Source: Anthoceros angustus
Lineage: Eukaryota; Plantae; Anthocerotophyta
Assembly: GCA_010909165.1 (NCBI GenBank)
Contig: VJWM01000063.1
Location: 930,001 to 994,000 of the forward strand
DNA length: 64,000 nucleotides
Direction: 5' to 3'
In this document: positions 38,801 to 50,098 of the stretch, in pieces
Layout: each line of letters starts with the position of its first letter
Numbering within the stretch: position 1 is the stretch's first letter
The notes under the pieces: model-generated
What the model was told of the DNA's origin: nothing
The model's input: only the letters and a program-made list of their open reading frames with translations
The model's database searches: none
Program-made: the position numbers and the translations under genes

Positions 38801-39040
38801 CATCGCCTTGGGTCCTCGGAGGTTCTTGGACCGCACCTCCTTGTTGACGCCCCCTTGACATCTTGGGCAAACTCCGGACGGTGGTGTCAAAGGTCGGACC
38901 ATTTGGAACACATCCAAATGCCACTCCTGCACCAATTCTCCCACTTCCTGGGCGAGCCCAAAGTCCGGATAGCGCGGGTCACAATGTTGCGCTCCACAAG
39001 GTTCCATGGCTCCCAAACTTCGCGGGCTTTTGGGTGCCAT
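35900..39040 (-). CDS. Extra ORF inside the U3 region of the 3' LTR (~1000 aa, frameshifted; accessory transposon protein of unknown function)
   Basis: Consecutive minus-strand pieces: MAPKSPRSLG..ELVQEWHL..NLREDPRRWTLEV.AAYNRPKEEEG..ARIIVHRTYSPRWITLVIIYCV..AGKRADWEG, a Pro-rich linker, then a long Glu/Arg/Ala coiled-coil-like tract (LREQLRE..EARRKAK..EAQARAEDL). The 3' end is approximate. Confidence 0.6.
36059..36300. repeat. ~25-30 bp GC-rich tandem repeats within the LTR
   Basis: (T)CCGGACCTCGGGGTCGGCCTTCCTC(AG) repeated several times; another copy at ~36880 and degraded equivalents at ~46550-46770. Confidence 0.8.
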
Positions 39041-39623
39041 CGCCTTCTCCTCCTTGGTTCAGCTTGTCGGAGGCTGGCGCACGTTGAGCCTTCTTGCGTT
39101 CGCTCGACCTCAGCGGTGAGCGCGCCGGCGTCAGTGTCCACGAGATACGCGAGCCGGTTGCGGGCGCAAGAGATCGCGTGTCTCGAGGCGCGGCGAAATG
39201 ACCTTCTTCGCGACCACGCCGGGAGTAAGCGGGCGGGCGCCTCTTCCACTGTCGTAGCGCGGTGCATGGCTTACTCGGCGCTTCTGCTGCCGCGTACTCG
39301 GCCCCTCGCGCGGCCAGGCGTGAATACACCTGCGGCCTCTGGGTTCGTCACCGTGCATGCCGTCCTCCACTCGGTCGTCACGTGGCGTCGCCGTCCGTCC
39401 TTCGGCTCCAACTTCTAAGTTACTTTCCTGGCGTACTTATCACCTGGTCAGTGGGTCGGACTTACCGTCGCCCGCCATCGTAGGTCTAATGCGTTCCTCA
39501 CTCCGGTCGGAGTATACTCAGTGCCGTCAGTGCTATGCTTATTTCCTCCTTTTCGCCTCATTTTATCCTTGCTCCACAAAAAACAAACCCTACCTAATTT
39601 CTAACCCCGAAGTCCAGTCCACA

Positions 39624-39637
39624 TACTCCCTTCTCAC
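39624..39637 (-). promoter_or_regulatory. Polypurine tract
   Basis: Minus strand GTGAGAAGGGAGTA directly precedes the TG of the 3' LTR. Confidence 0.8.
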
Positions 39638-39659
39638 TGTTGGCGTCTCGCCAACACTA

Positions 39660-40640
39660 AGCGTGGTACTTTTCACCGCCACCCGTTCACCCAGTGGGCG
39701 GTTCACCATCCAAGCGCGGTGAGCGGACCCATTGGGGTATACTCGCGACTTGGTAAGGCCCCATCCATCGTAGGTGGAGTTTACAGGAAGTGCATATGTC
39801 GGTATCGTAAGGAGGCGGATCTCCCTCCTTCACATACTCCACGATTCTAAGGCGCTATCATGCCACGCTTGCGTTGATTACATACCGATTGCATTATTGT
39901 TGTTGCGCCTCTTCCGGTCCTCCGTATCTTGCACCCTAGCAACGCTCCGGTTGGCTCTCTTCATCCGTTAAGCGCCTTTCCATCATGACCGGTGTTGGCA
40001 CCTCAAACTCGGCCGGCATAACGGGTGAGTGCCCATAGGTCGATAATACGGAGTTCGTTGCGTGGTTACCTTCTGCCGTTACGAGCATAGCGATGGCGAC
40101 TTTGTATCGATCGTGCGCATAGTTAACCGTCGACTTATTGAGGATCGGCGGATAAGTCCATTGGTCTTCTCCGTCGGTCCGTTGGCCGGATTGTAGGGGC
40201 GTTTACGATGTGTGATGCGAAATAGTCCGTCATTGCGTTATCACATCATTGAGGAAATGGGTTCCCCTATAAACCCACGGACACCCATACCTTGTGATGA
40301 TGTTTTCGTAGGAATTTGGCCACCGTGCTCATGATCCGTTCGGTAGCGGCTTCAACCCACAGTGCGATGATCGTTGCCACCAAGATGTACCGCTTTGTGT
40401 GTGCCTGGTCGTTGGTGTATGGGTCCAGTCGATGCCCACTTCTCAAAAGGCGCTAGTGCTAGTATGGGCACTAACGGCCATTGAGTTGTGGCGTCGGCTT
40501 CCGATCCGACAAGCATCACACTTCTTCACAATTGGTGTGTTTCCCCATACATGGTGGGCCACGATTACCCGACCTCAAGATTTTCTTGGTGGTGACTGCT
40601 GTTGCATAATGTCCACCACCTAGTCCTTGCATCCCTTTAT
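39660..40640 (-). CDS. pol: Integrase (HHCC, core, GPY/F motif; no chromodomain)
   Basis: GGHYATAVTTKKILRSG..WPTMY..VKKCDAC zinc finger, PFEKW.ID and RYILVAT...WVEA core, KLHLRWMGPYQV..YPNGS GPY/F module. Ends ~30 bp before the PPT. Confidence 0.88.
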
Positions 40641-40949
40641 TACCACCTCCGTTTCACTTTGTTGGGTACCTTCGTTCCACTCGGCCCCTTAAAGATGCAT
40701 GCTCTGATAGGAAAGGCGGCGTAGTGCACAAAGGCTGCCGTGGACCGGTTCGATTCGTTGGTAGCTCCATCTCCCATAGGTACCGTTCCAACTCCGCGTA
40801 AGAGGGCCGCCCCTTCGCTCCCTTCTCCGCCTGCCGTGGGTCCATCCCGGCTTGGGTTTGTCGGTGCTCCTCTACCTCCTCCTCTATCGCGCCACCAATT
40901 CCTCATCCAGGAAGGCGTCCTCTTGATCCTGCGGGCAGGCTCCGTCTTT

Positions 40950-41330
40950 AATGGATAAGAAGTGGTGTTGCCGTCCTTGCCTAGTCTCCACCTCAAATGT
41001 GAACTCCTGTGAGCAGAATCCACCTCGCAATTAAATGGGACAAATGCCTTGTTCACCAAATGCTTGGTAGTGATCAACATAGAACACAAACTCATTGGGC
41101 GGAAGGTAGTGTCGAATTTCTTAGCACGTATACCATACCCAATGCCTCTCGCTCCGTAGTGTACCTCCGTTCGCGTCGTGAGCTGTCTTCCGCGTAGTAG
41201 ATTGGGTGATCCCTCGTTTATCATCTTTTGGTGAGCACTACCGATGGCGGTGACACATCCGTACACATGGAATCGCTTCCCCGGTCCGGTCCTTTGAGTC
41301 TTTGGGGCCGACAGTGGTGGTCTCTGAATC
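40950..41330 (-). CDS. pol: RNase H domain (frameshifted)
   Basis: KRFHVY.TDVS.TAIGS.L, RQLT..E..YTTERE.LGMVY..KKF, FVFYVDH, HLVNK and RWILL..EF fragments. Confidence 0.85.
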
Positions 41331-41429
41331 GCCTCCCTTTGGCGTCGGGTCCATTCCTCCTCCTTCTGAGTAGCTCCGTTAGCTGGAGGCCCGCTTTGCA
41401 AAATCTTGTATGAACGCCTATAGTAACCA

Positions 41430-42060
41430 CCATGCCCGGAATCCCGTAACTCCTTCAAGTTCGTTGGTGGTCGAGGTGGATGACTTTCACCTTGTCTTGG
41501 TCCACCTCTATCCCTCTTACCGACACTCGGTGAACAAGATTCCCTCTGTCATGCAGTAGCATTCTCGGGATGCGAGCCTGATTGAGTCTCCTACATCGTT
41601 CCAAACACTTCCATGTCACGTGTTTGTCCTCCTCTCGTGCACCAGAGTCAGAACACCTCCATGAAGTCCCTCGGAATTCCGGAAGACATTGGTCACCATC
41701 CGCATAAATGATCCGGGTGCTCTGTCATCCAAGGCACTCCGTTTGTAGGCAAGCGTCCCCACTCCGTGGTGAATGTTGTCTTATCGATCAGGCTCCCTTA
41801 GGTGTATGGCGGTTGTAGCGGAGTGGCCGAGAAGGAGTAGGTACTCCGCCACCTTGTCCGATGTCGTCCACAAAGGGCATGGGAAATGGTCCTTCCGTGG
41901 CGGCGTTAAGCTTTCTCCGATCTCGGACCCGAATCGCCCTGCGCTTCTTGACACGACCACAATGGGCGCCACCCACTCCTTTTACGATTGGGAAGATGAT
42001 GTCGCTTCCGGATACTTATCCGGGACTTCCTTGACCTTGGCGAGTGCTTGGGATTGATTT
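41430..42060 (-). CDS. pol: Reverse transcriptase domain (frameshifted)
   Basis: WVAPIVVV, RKLNAAT..DHFPMPFVDDI, FTTEWG..AYKR, APGSFMRMV and KELR..G..GYYRR fragments. Confidence 0.9.
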
Positions 42061-42689
42061 ATCTTGCCTAATCCGAGCAGGCACCGCTCACGGCTTCATC
42101 TCTATCTTCGCCTTGTTTGAATGCCTTTCATATCGTGACCTTGAAAGCAAACACCTGAATTCCCCAACAAGCGTGAGGTCTCGTTTTAACCCTCGGCATG
42201 CCCTTGCGAATTTGAGGAATTTCCTGGAACCTCCACGTCTTCCACATCGTCGGGTTGGCCGTCTCTCTTTCTCTTCGCTTGCTCGTCAAATCGTCCTCCA
42301 TCCGGGTTCATCTTCACGCATTCCCCACTCCGAAGAGCTCGTCAGTGAAGCGGGTTACTTCTCGGTTCTTCCGTCCTCTGCTGGACCCTCCTCTTGATTG
42401 CCTTCCCCGGCTCTTGACGTGAGTCCACCCTAAAACAATCGATGACCTCCTCGTCCACCTCCGCTCCAAAGGCGTCCCTCATAATCCATCTCCTCCTCGA
42501 CCACGTGATTTTGGGAAAGGGTAGTCCTCATTCGTATCCTCGCGTTCATCGTCCCCTTGTCTTGAGGTGTACCCCTACTGTGGTCTGGTTTCTCCCAGTC
42601 GTGTCCTTACTCAGTGTCGCTACCCCTTCCCTTGGATCCCAGTCCACTTGAAGTGTATTTCCTTCCGTCCAAGTGTAGTTTTATGCGGC

Positions 42690-42960
42690 GAGGCCCGGCC
42701 GCTAGCAGGACCTCATACCCCAGGTCGGGTCGATAATGACAAAATCTAATGTATAGGGGCTCCGCTATGGTGGCTTGGACTCGGGACAACTCCCTGCTGG
42801 CTCGCGCGACATGTCCGCCATCACGAGGGTTTTGGTGGATGGCTCGAAGGTGGTGAACCCGGCCGTCTTGCGGTGGCCTCGGTGATGAGGTTCACTCGAC
42901 CCGTGTCTAGAGGCACGTTTTAATTACACACCCGCAATTTCCACACTGCTGGCGCGTCAG
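42690..42960 (-). CDS. pol: Aspartic protease domain
   Basis: L-D-T-G at ~42900-42911 (minus strand CTA GAC ACG GGT) and downstream GYEVLL, equivalent to the ILGRPW motif. Confidence 0.75.
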
Positions 42961-42989
42961 TATGAGATCGACCCTTACCTCCACGTTCT

Positions 42990-45620
42990 TGCCCTTAGGA
43001 CCAAGGAGTTCCGCGTGGTTGCGTTTCCTGATGGCCTTAGGACTTCACAGCCGATGCCGGGTTGTCTTTAACAAGCGCCTAAGGGACACCAAGTGTTGTT
43101 GGTCCATCATCAAGTCGGCCACCTTGAAAGGGCGGGTGGTTCTCTGCGTCCGCGCGCCTTGTCTCCTCCGGTTTAACTCTTTGTGGTGGCGGACCGCCAG
43201 GTCTGTCGGAGTTCTTCTTGAAGCATCTCGGTCACTTCGAACCACATCCGGTGGAAGCTGCGGGCGTTGCCGTGGGTGAGTCCGCTTCTCGGAGACTCCG
43301 GTGGCTTTTGGTTTCTTCTCTGGCGGCTGCCGGTTTAACTCGTCCTCTTTGGCGGGTTCGGCTTCCTTGCAGTGTTCCGTCCTCCGTATCCGTGGGACTA
43401 TCCTCATTTTCTTCCTCTTATCTCCGTTCCTTCGCTCCTTTCGGACTCGGGTTGACACTTCCGGTACCTCGGTCCGCCTTCTTCTCCTTGGCGAACTTGC
43501 CCGTACCACCTCGTTCGAGCTCCTCGGTGCCTCCTCCCCTCCGGTTGTCGTCTTCAATTTATAGCCTTAGGGAGGGCGTGGTGGTCTTGGCTCCCCGGTG
43601 GGTTGCGTGGCGTACCGTCCTCGGCGAGGATTCGGACAGTCTTGCGCATGTGCCCGCTTACAATCTCCACGGCGTTCAAAGTCCCGTTACCTTATGCGGT
43701 GGGGTATGGGACGTTGGAGTAGTGTCGGGGTTCCCACAGTTCAACAGACCGCCACGAGAATTCACGGAGGGGCTCCCATGCGGTCTTGCATCGGAGGTCG
43801 ATGCAGACGGACCTGTGGGGTACATCGTCACAGGATACGTGGTCCGGTTGTGCTTCTTGCACTTGGTATCGTCCTCCCCATTTCCTCGGACTCTTCCCGT
43901 AGTCGTACTCCACAGTTCACGCAGTGCGGAGGCGGTTGGCCTTGAATGCCCATGTTGGTGACACACGCACAGATGAGTCGGACCGTGGTGGCGCCTTGCC
44001 GTTCTTTATCCTTCACGGTTGATCGTCAACTCCTCCACCTCTTCATTACCGTTCTAGATCTTCCCTCGGCCCGCTACTTCCTTCAAAGGAGTGGGTCGGA
44101 CCTCTCTGCGGGCATCATGACCTCCTTCTTTTCCACCCTCCGACTCGGGTTGACACTTCCGGTACCTCGGTCCGCCTTCTTCTCCTTGGCGAACTTGCCC
44201 GTACCACCTCGTTCGAGCTCCTCGGTGCCTCCTCCCCTCCGGTTGTCGTCTTCAATTTATAGCCTTAGGGAGGGCGTGCGGTGGTCTTGGCTCCCCGGTG
44301 GGTTGCGTGGCGTACCGTCCTCGGCGAGGATTCGGACAGTCTTGCGCATGTGCCCGCTTACAATCTCCACGGCGTTCAAAGTCTCGTTACCTTATGCGGT
44401 GGGGTATGGGACGTTGGAGTAGTGTCGGGGTTCCCACAGTTCAACAGACCGCCACGAGAATTCACGGAGGGGCTCCCATGCGGTCTTGCATCGGAGGAGT
44501 CGATGCAGACGGACCTGTGGGTACATCGTCGGATCGTGGTCCGGTTGTGCTTCTTGCACTTGGTATCGTCCTCCCCATTTCCTCGGACTCTTCCCGTAGT
44601 ACTCCACAGTTCACGCAGTGCGGAGGCGGTTGGCCTTGAATGCCCATGTTGGTGACACACGCACAGATGAGTCGGACCGTGGTGGCGCCTTGCCGTTCTT
44701 TATCCTTCACGGTTGATCGTCAACTCCTCCACCTCTTCATTACCGTTCTAGATCTTCCCTCGGCCCGCTACTTCCTTCAAAGGAGTGGGTCGGACCTCTC
44801 TGCGGGCATCATGACCTCCTTCTTTTCCACCCTCCGACTCGGGGCTTCTTCTTCTTTTGAGGTTCTTCTTCTTCCATGACCTCCTCGGATTCTTCTTGAG
44901 TCCTCTTCCTCTTCCTCGAGTGCCTCGGTCTCATCATCCTCCTCGTCAGGGTTCTTCATCTTGATCGACCCCGTTTCTTTTTCTTCTTTCCTCCTGGAGG
45001 AGTCCTCGGCCGTCGTTGGTGCATCGATTCTTCATAGTTCTCCGCCGCGCCTTGCTCACATCTTTCTGCAGCAATGCTTAGCCATTGGCTTGGATAAGCC
45101 ATTGCGAACCAACGTACCGCATGGTAGTGTGGTGGGGTGCCGGTCCCAGCGTAGAGTTCGATGTCTGATCCCAACTTCTCCGTCTTTCCTGCAGTTCTCG
45201 AGTTTGGACAAGTAGCCTTCTTGATCGATTCGCGGAATCTTTCTAAGGCATCCTTCAATCTTGAAGGTTGCAGTGCGTTACGGCGGTGGTATTTCCTCCG
45301 TCAGAGCTGTACCCGGGACCTTGGAGCAATTTGAATGATGCGTCCAACCTTCTCCGTTGAAGTTTGCGACACAAAATCCTCCACGAAGGTTTCGTCTCTC
45401 TCCTTCTTACCTCCAAGAGAGAATCGCTTGCTTGGTCGGCGCCATCGCCATGATGGTAAGGGATGAGGCGCCCCCTTACCGCGACTTGTCTGCGTCCTCC
45501 TCTCGACAACTCCACCACACTTACTGGGTGGTGTCTCCTCGAGCTCGTCGTCTCTCTACTGCGCTCGGGCGCTGGCGATCCACAACGTCCACTCTCTAGT
45601 AATTCTTCCTTAACTACCTC
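42990..45620 (-). CDS. gag: Gag region (frameshifted; zinc-knuckle block duplicated)
   Basis: Lies between the PBS and the protease. Contains a VRWFA.. gag-like segment, acidic/basic linkers and CCHC-like remnants (NCGNPD.HYSN, KCKKHN, CHQHGH). Boundaries approximate. Confidence 0.7.
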
Positions 45621-45657
45621 CGTCCTCCACGCATCCGCGCAGCTACGGGCGATTTCA

Positions 45658-45675
45658 TTCCCGGCAGCAGCGCCA
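45658..45675 (-). promoter_or_regulatory. Primer binding site, tRNA-Asp type
   Basis: Minus strand reads CA-TTT-TGGCGCTGCTGCCGGGAA immediately after the 5' LTR. This is close to TGGCGCCGTTGCCGGGGA, the tRNA-Asp PBS typical of Athila elements. Confidence 0.8.
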
Positions 45676-46233
45676 AAATGTGACTTTCGTGATGGCCGGT
45701 GCGCGCACAATCCGTGTCGTTGTAGGAAGAAGTCCGTTCCCAAAGGAATGATAGGCTCCGTTTACCGTTTGGTGATTCTTGTCCTTGCGCTCGTTCGGCT
45801 CAACACACACATACTCCTAACTACTCACGCGTTCACCGTCTGAGGCCGGTATGGCCAAGCGTTTGAGACCCGTTCGCGTCGTCGTTCACATCGTCCTCAC
45901 ACACCGGTCCTTTCCTCTCTCCCTCGCTACACTCCTCGGTCTTAAGGAGCGGGTTACAGTCCGGACCTCCTCGTCGTTCATGGGCCTCTCCGTCCGGGCT
46001 CTGCCGCCCTCCGGAGTTCCTCGGCTCCACGTTCCGGTCCGTTCGGTCTTGGGCGCGGCTCCGGCGAGCACGTCGATCACCCTTCCACTGCACACACCAC
46101 AACGCGTTAGGTCGTCACGGGACCGATCAATCTCCCGGGGTATGTGCTCTGACTCGGGACTCACGTTAGCAAGAAGACACACAAAGGTGCAGAGCGGCAT
46201 CAACACCAAGAAAGATGATTTGAGGCCTTAGCC

Positions 46234-46241
46234 CTCTTATA
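46234..46241 (-). promoter_or_regulatory. LTR TATA box (5' LTR copy)
   Basis: Minus strand GTAGTATAAGAGGGC, ~560 bp upstream of the PBS. Confidence 0.6.
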
Positions 46242-46299
46242 CTACGCGGTCGGCGCCTTTATTCTATTACGGTGAGGCTCGGGTGCCCTAACCACCGCC

Positions 46300-49200
46300 T
46301 ACCACCTATCATGGCGGTGGTGAGGATAGCCCCTCATTCCTTCTTGGCACCGGCCAAAGCGCCACAGCCGGTGGCGCACCAATCGGATGATCCGCGGTGG
46401 ACCCTTCCTCTTCCAGTGCAGCCGGTGCGCCACACCGGCGCGGCTCACCACCAAGTCTTCCTCGTCCTCCCTCTTCTCTCCTGCGGGCCCTGCGTGGGCC
46501 CTCAAGGGTTGGATCTGGGGTTGGTGGTGGCTCTCCCCACTCCCGAGTTTGGACCTCGGGACCTGTCACTCGTCCAGGACCTCTAGGTCAGGTCTTCCCT
46601 CAGTCCGGTCTCTGCCCGGCCTTCTTTCGAGTCGGTCCTCGGGGCCGGTGCCTCTGAGGTCGGTCTTGGACCAACCCTTCCCAGTGGGACCTCGGGGCCG
46701 GGTCACTGGAGTCTGGATCCGTCGGACTTCCTCAGGGGCGGACCTCGGTCCGGCCTTTCTCAGTCCGGGACAAAGTCAGGACCCTCGCTCTGGGCATGCC
46801 TCCTCGCCCGGGCTAGCCAGGTTCATCCACGCCCTCCTTGGTTCCCAATGCCCGGTTGCCCCTTTCCCCTTCAAGATCCTCCCTCGTCCTTCCATGCGAG
46901 GGTCTTGCTTACCTCGGTGTGGCGCCCCTTCCTCCTCCCGGTTCCTCAGCTCTCCCCGCCGCCTGCTGCTGCCGTCGTCAAGCAGGCGCTCCTAGGACTC
47001 CAGCGGTTGTCCGTCCCGGGTCCGTCCTCCCTCGCTCCTCCTTGGTCCCGAGTCCACCCTCCCTGGGGTGGCGCGGGACCTCAGGCCTTGAGGAGCTCTG
47101 CGTGGTAGTAGTCGGAATCGACTTGCTCGCCTCCTCCACATGAGCCGGAGCACGGTACTCCCTCCTCAGGTGCTCGTGGCAGCGGTGCCCACCTGGCGTC
47201 TCGTGGCTCACGGTATGGTAGGCGGACTCCTTGAGGCCGTCAAGGCTGCCTCAGTTACCTCTTGCAACCACCTGCGGCGTTCTCCTCCTCCGTTGTTGCT
47301 TACTCCGCCATTTTCGAGCCATGGAGGTGAGCTCCCTACCTTCACCTGGCCGGACGACATGCCTTTCCTCGAGTCGGGACAAAGTCAGGACCCTCACTCT
47401 GGGCATGCCTCCTCGGGCTAGCCAGGTTCATCCAGAGCCCTCCTTGGTTCCCGAATGCCGGTTGCCCCTTTCCCCTTCAAGATCCTCCCTCGTCCTTCCA
47501 TGCGAGGTCTTGAAACTTACCTCGGTGTGGCGCCTTCCTCCTCCCGGTTCCTCCAGCTGCTCTCCTTGGCCCGCTGCTGCCGTCGTCAAGCAGGGCTCCT
47601 AGGACTCCGGTTGTCCGTCCCGGGTCCGTCCTCCCTCCTCCTTCCATCCCTTGAGTCCACCCTCCTGCCTGGGGTGGCGCGGGACCTCAGGCCTTGAGGA
47701 GCTCTGCGTGGTAGTAGGCGGTCGGAATCGACTTCTGAATCGCCTCCTCCATGAGCCGGAGCACCTCCCTCCTCAGGTGCTCGTGGCGGCGATCCCCGCT
47801 TTGTCTCGTGGCCAAGCTTACGGTTGCGGGCGGACTCCCTTGAGGCCGTCAAGGCTGCCTCAGTTACCTCTTGCAACCTTGCTCGGCGTTCTCCTCCTCC
47901 GTTGTTGCTTGACTCCGCCATTTGCGGGCCATGGTGAGCTCCCTACCTTCACCTGCGGAGACGGCATACCTTTCCTCAGTGCCTTCCTCCCTTCTTCTAT
48001 TCTTTCCGAGGTCCTCCACTTCCTTCTCCGGGGCGGGCGGTATCCCGTCAGGCTCACAGCTTCGCCACGTCTGCTGCAACTGCGGCGTCGAACTCCTTGC
48101 ACCGCCGCTGTTCTCCTCCGTCTTCAAGCGGGCTGGGCGTTCACCTCTCGAAGTCTTGGATTCTCTCGTTGAGAACCCCTGCAGCTCCGTCGTCTTGGGT
48201 TGCAACTCAAGGTGTCCTTGTTGTCCTCCGGCTCCCTCGCCCTTCTACCTCCTGCAGTGCACCACAGGGTCCCCAATCTCCCGGGTGCGGCCTCCAGCCT
48301 CCTCACGGCTCGTGCTTGCTCCATGACCACTTGCTCGGCCTTGATTGGCGCGGCTCTCGGCCTCTCTCCACCGGTTCGATCACGATAGTGATCGCGATCG
48401 GCCAGCCGTGGCCTCCGCCTCCTTGGCCACCTTCACGAGCCTCTCCGGCTTGGCTCGGTCCTCGGCCTCGCGAGATCCGCGCCCGTTCGCTTGCCCGGGC
48501 GTCCTCGCTTCTGCTGCGCTCGCCCCTCTGCGAGGTCCTCCGCCCGCTTGGGCCTCCTTGGCACCTTGTTCCTCCGGTGAAGGAATTTGTCCGGTCCTTG
48601 CGGATGGACGGACCTCCCTCTCCGCCTCCGGCGTTTTCCTTCCTCAATCCGCGAGAGCTTGGCCTTCCTTCTCGCCTCTGGGCTCCCTCAGCACTCTGGA
48701 GGAGCACCATGCGCCTCGGGTGGCTTCCACCTCCACAGGCCTTCTCGGCCATCCCTTGAGACCCAGGCATACCGTCCATGGCGGTAGCAGGAACCTGTTT
48801 CCTCCACGGCGGCTGGCAGTGAGGCTCCCACAAAGTCCGTGGCGGGGCCGGCATCTGATCGTCAAGGACCTCCATACCCTTGATCCGGGAGCAAGTCGGT
48901 GGGTTCTCGGACAATCGGGACCCTTAGGTCACGAGTCTTGGCTCGGGCTTCCCCTCCTTGGCCCTTTGGCGCGAGCTCCTTCTCGCCCTTTTCTCACAGG
49001 GCTCGGCGGAGGTGATGGAGTCAGGGAGCACGCCCTTTGCCCCTTCACATCGGCGGCAGGACCCGGCTCTGGATCTTGCTGCCCGGTGTCCTCCGCTCCA
49101 CAGGCGGCGTCCCTTCGCCCCTCCTTCTTGCTTCCGCTTCTTGCCACTCCGTCGGCGGGGAAATGCCAGCCCCGGGGTGCAGCGTTGGTAGCCGTGGTCT

Positions 49201-50098
49201 TGCGTCTCTTGGCTCTCTCACAGTCGGCGGGGCTCCTCGGCCGGAGTGATGGCCGTGGCTGTGGGGCCGGGGCACTTCTGCTGATGGTTGGGGCACGGAA
49301 GGAGGAGGCGGGGTGCTTCCATACTTCCACAGGTGGTGAGGGGTCCGTTCAGGCGTATGGGTCAGGAATCCTCGATCGTCCTCCTCCAGTCCGTTTGGTT
49401 TTGCCGTGGCCTCCTCCCCTCCGGCGCCCTTGCCGCTCCACTTGGGAGGCCTCGGTCCTTTCCGGGCGCTCGCTCAAGCTCTCCTTCCTTGAGGAGTTGA
49501 AATGCCCCATACATGGATCGGTATGGGGCGGCCCAGAATGGCGAGGCTTCGCTCTGAGCTTGCGAGCTTCACAGCTAAGCCGGGCGAAGATAATCCTTCC
49601 CAGTCCCCTCTTCCCAGCTGCGCGCGTGCGGGAACACTAATAGATTATCACCAAGGTGATCCACCTTGGTAGTAGGTTCCGATGGGCGATGATCGGGCCA
49701 CGCATACGACTCATTGTCCAATCGGATATATGTTGGTGGTCGTTGCGTCGAGCCTTAGCATGCTGCTGGACCTATCTTCCCCTTCGCCTTGAGGGCTCGG
49801 CACCCTCCCCTCTTCCTCCTTGGGGCGGTTGTAGGCCGCCTTGGGACCTCAAGGTCCATCGCCTTGGGTCCTCTCGGAGGTTCTTGGACCGCACCTCCTT
49901 GTTGACCGCCTTGACATCTTGGGCAAACTCCGGACGGTGTGTTGTCAAAGGTCGGACCATTTGGAACACGTCCAAATGCCACTCCTGCACCAATTCCCCG
50001 CTTCCTGGGCAGGCCCAAAGTCCGGATAGCGCGGGTCACAATGTTGCGCTCCACACAGGTTCCATGGCTCCCAAACTTCGCGGGCTTTTGGGTGCCAT
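46300..50098 (-). CDS. Second copy of the U3 extra ORF in the 5' LTR
   Basis: Same ATG GCA CCC AAA AGC start at 50098. ORF track 49772..49993 gives VQEWHLDVFQMVRPL..NLREDPRRWTL. Confidence 0.55.

Larger units (their letters stand above)
35155..39623 (-). repeat. 3' LTR (~4.47 kb, GC-rich)
   Basis: On the + strand it begins TGTGGCGCGACTTTCGTGATGG and ends CCCCGAAGTCCAGTCCACA; colinear with 45679-50715. Confidence 0.93.

Noticed and set aside
39660-39800. Chromodomain or env gene after integrase
   Set aside because: Integrase ends just after the GPY/F module, ~30 bp before the PPT, leaving no room for either.
48345-49640. 431 aa + strand ORF and other long + strand ORFs within the LTRs
   Set aside because: They are antisense to the U3 ORF in GC-rich DNA, Ser/Pro/Leu/Arg-rich, and not kept in frame in the other LTR; treated as shadow ORFs.
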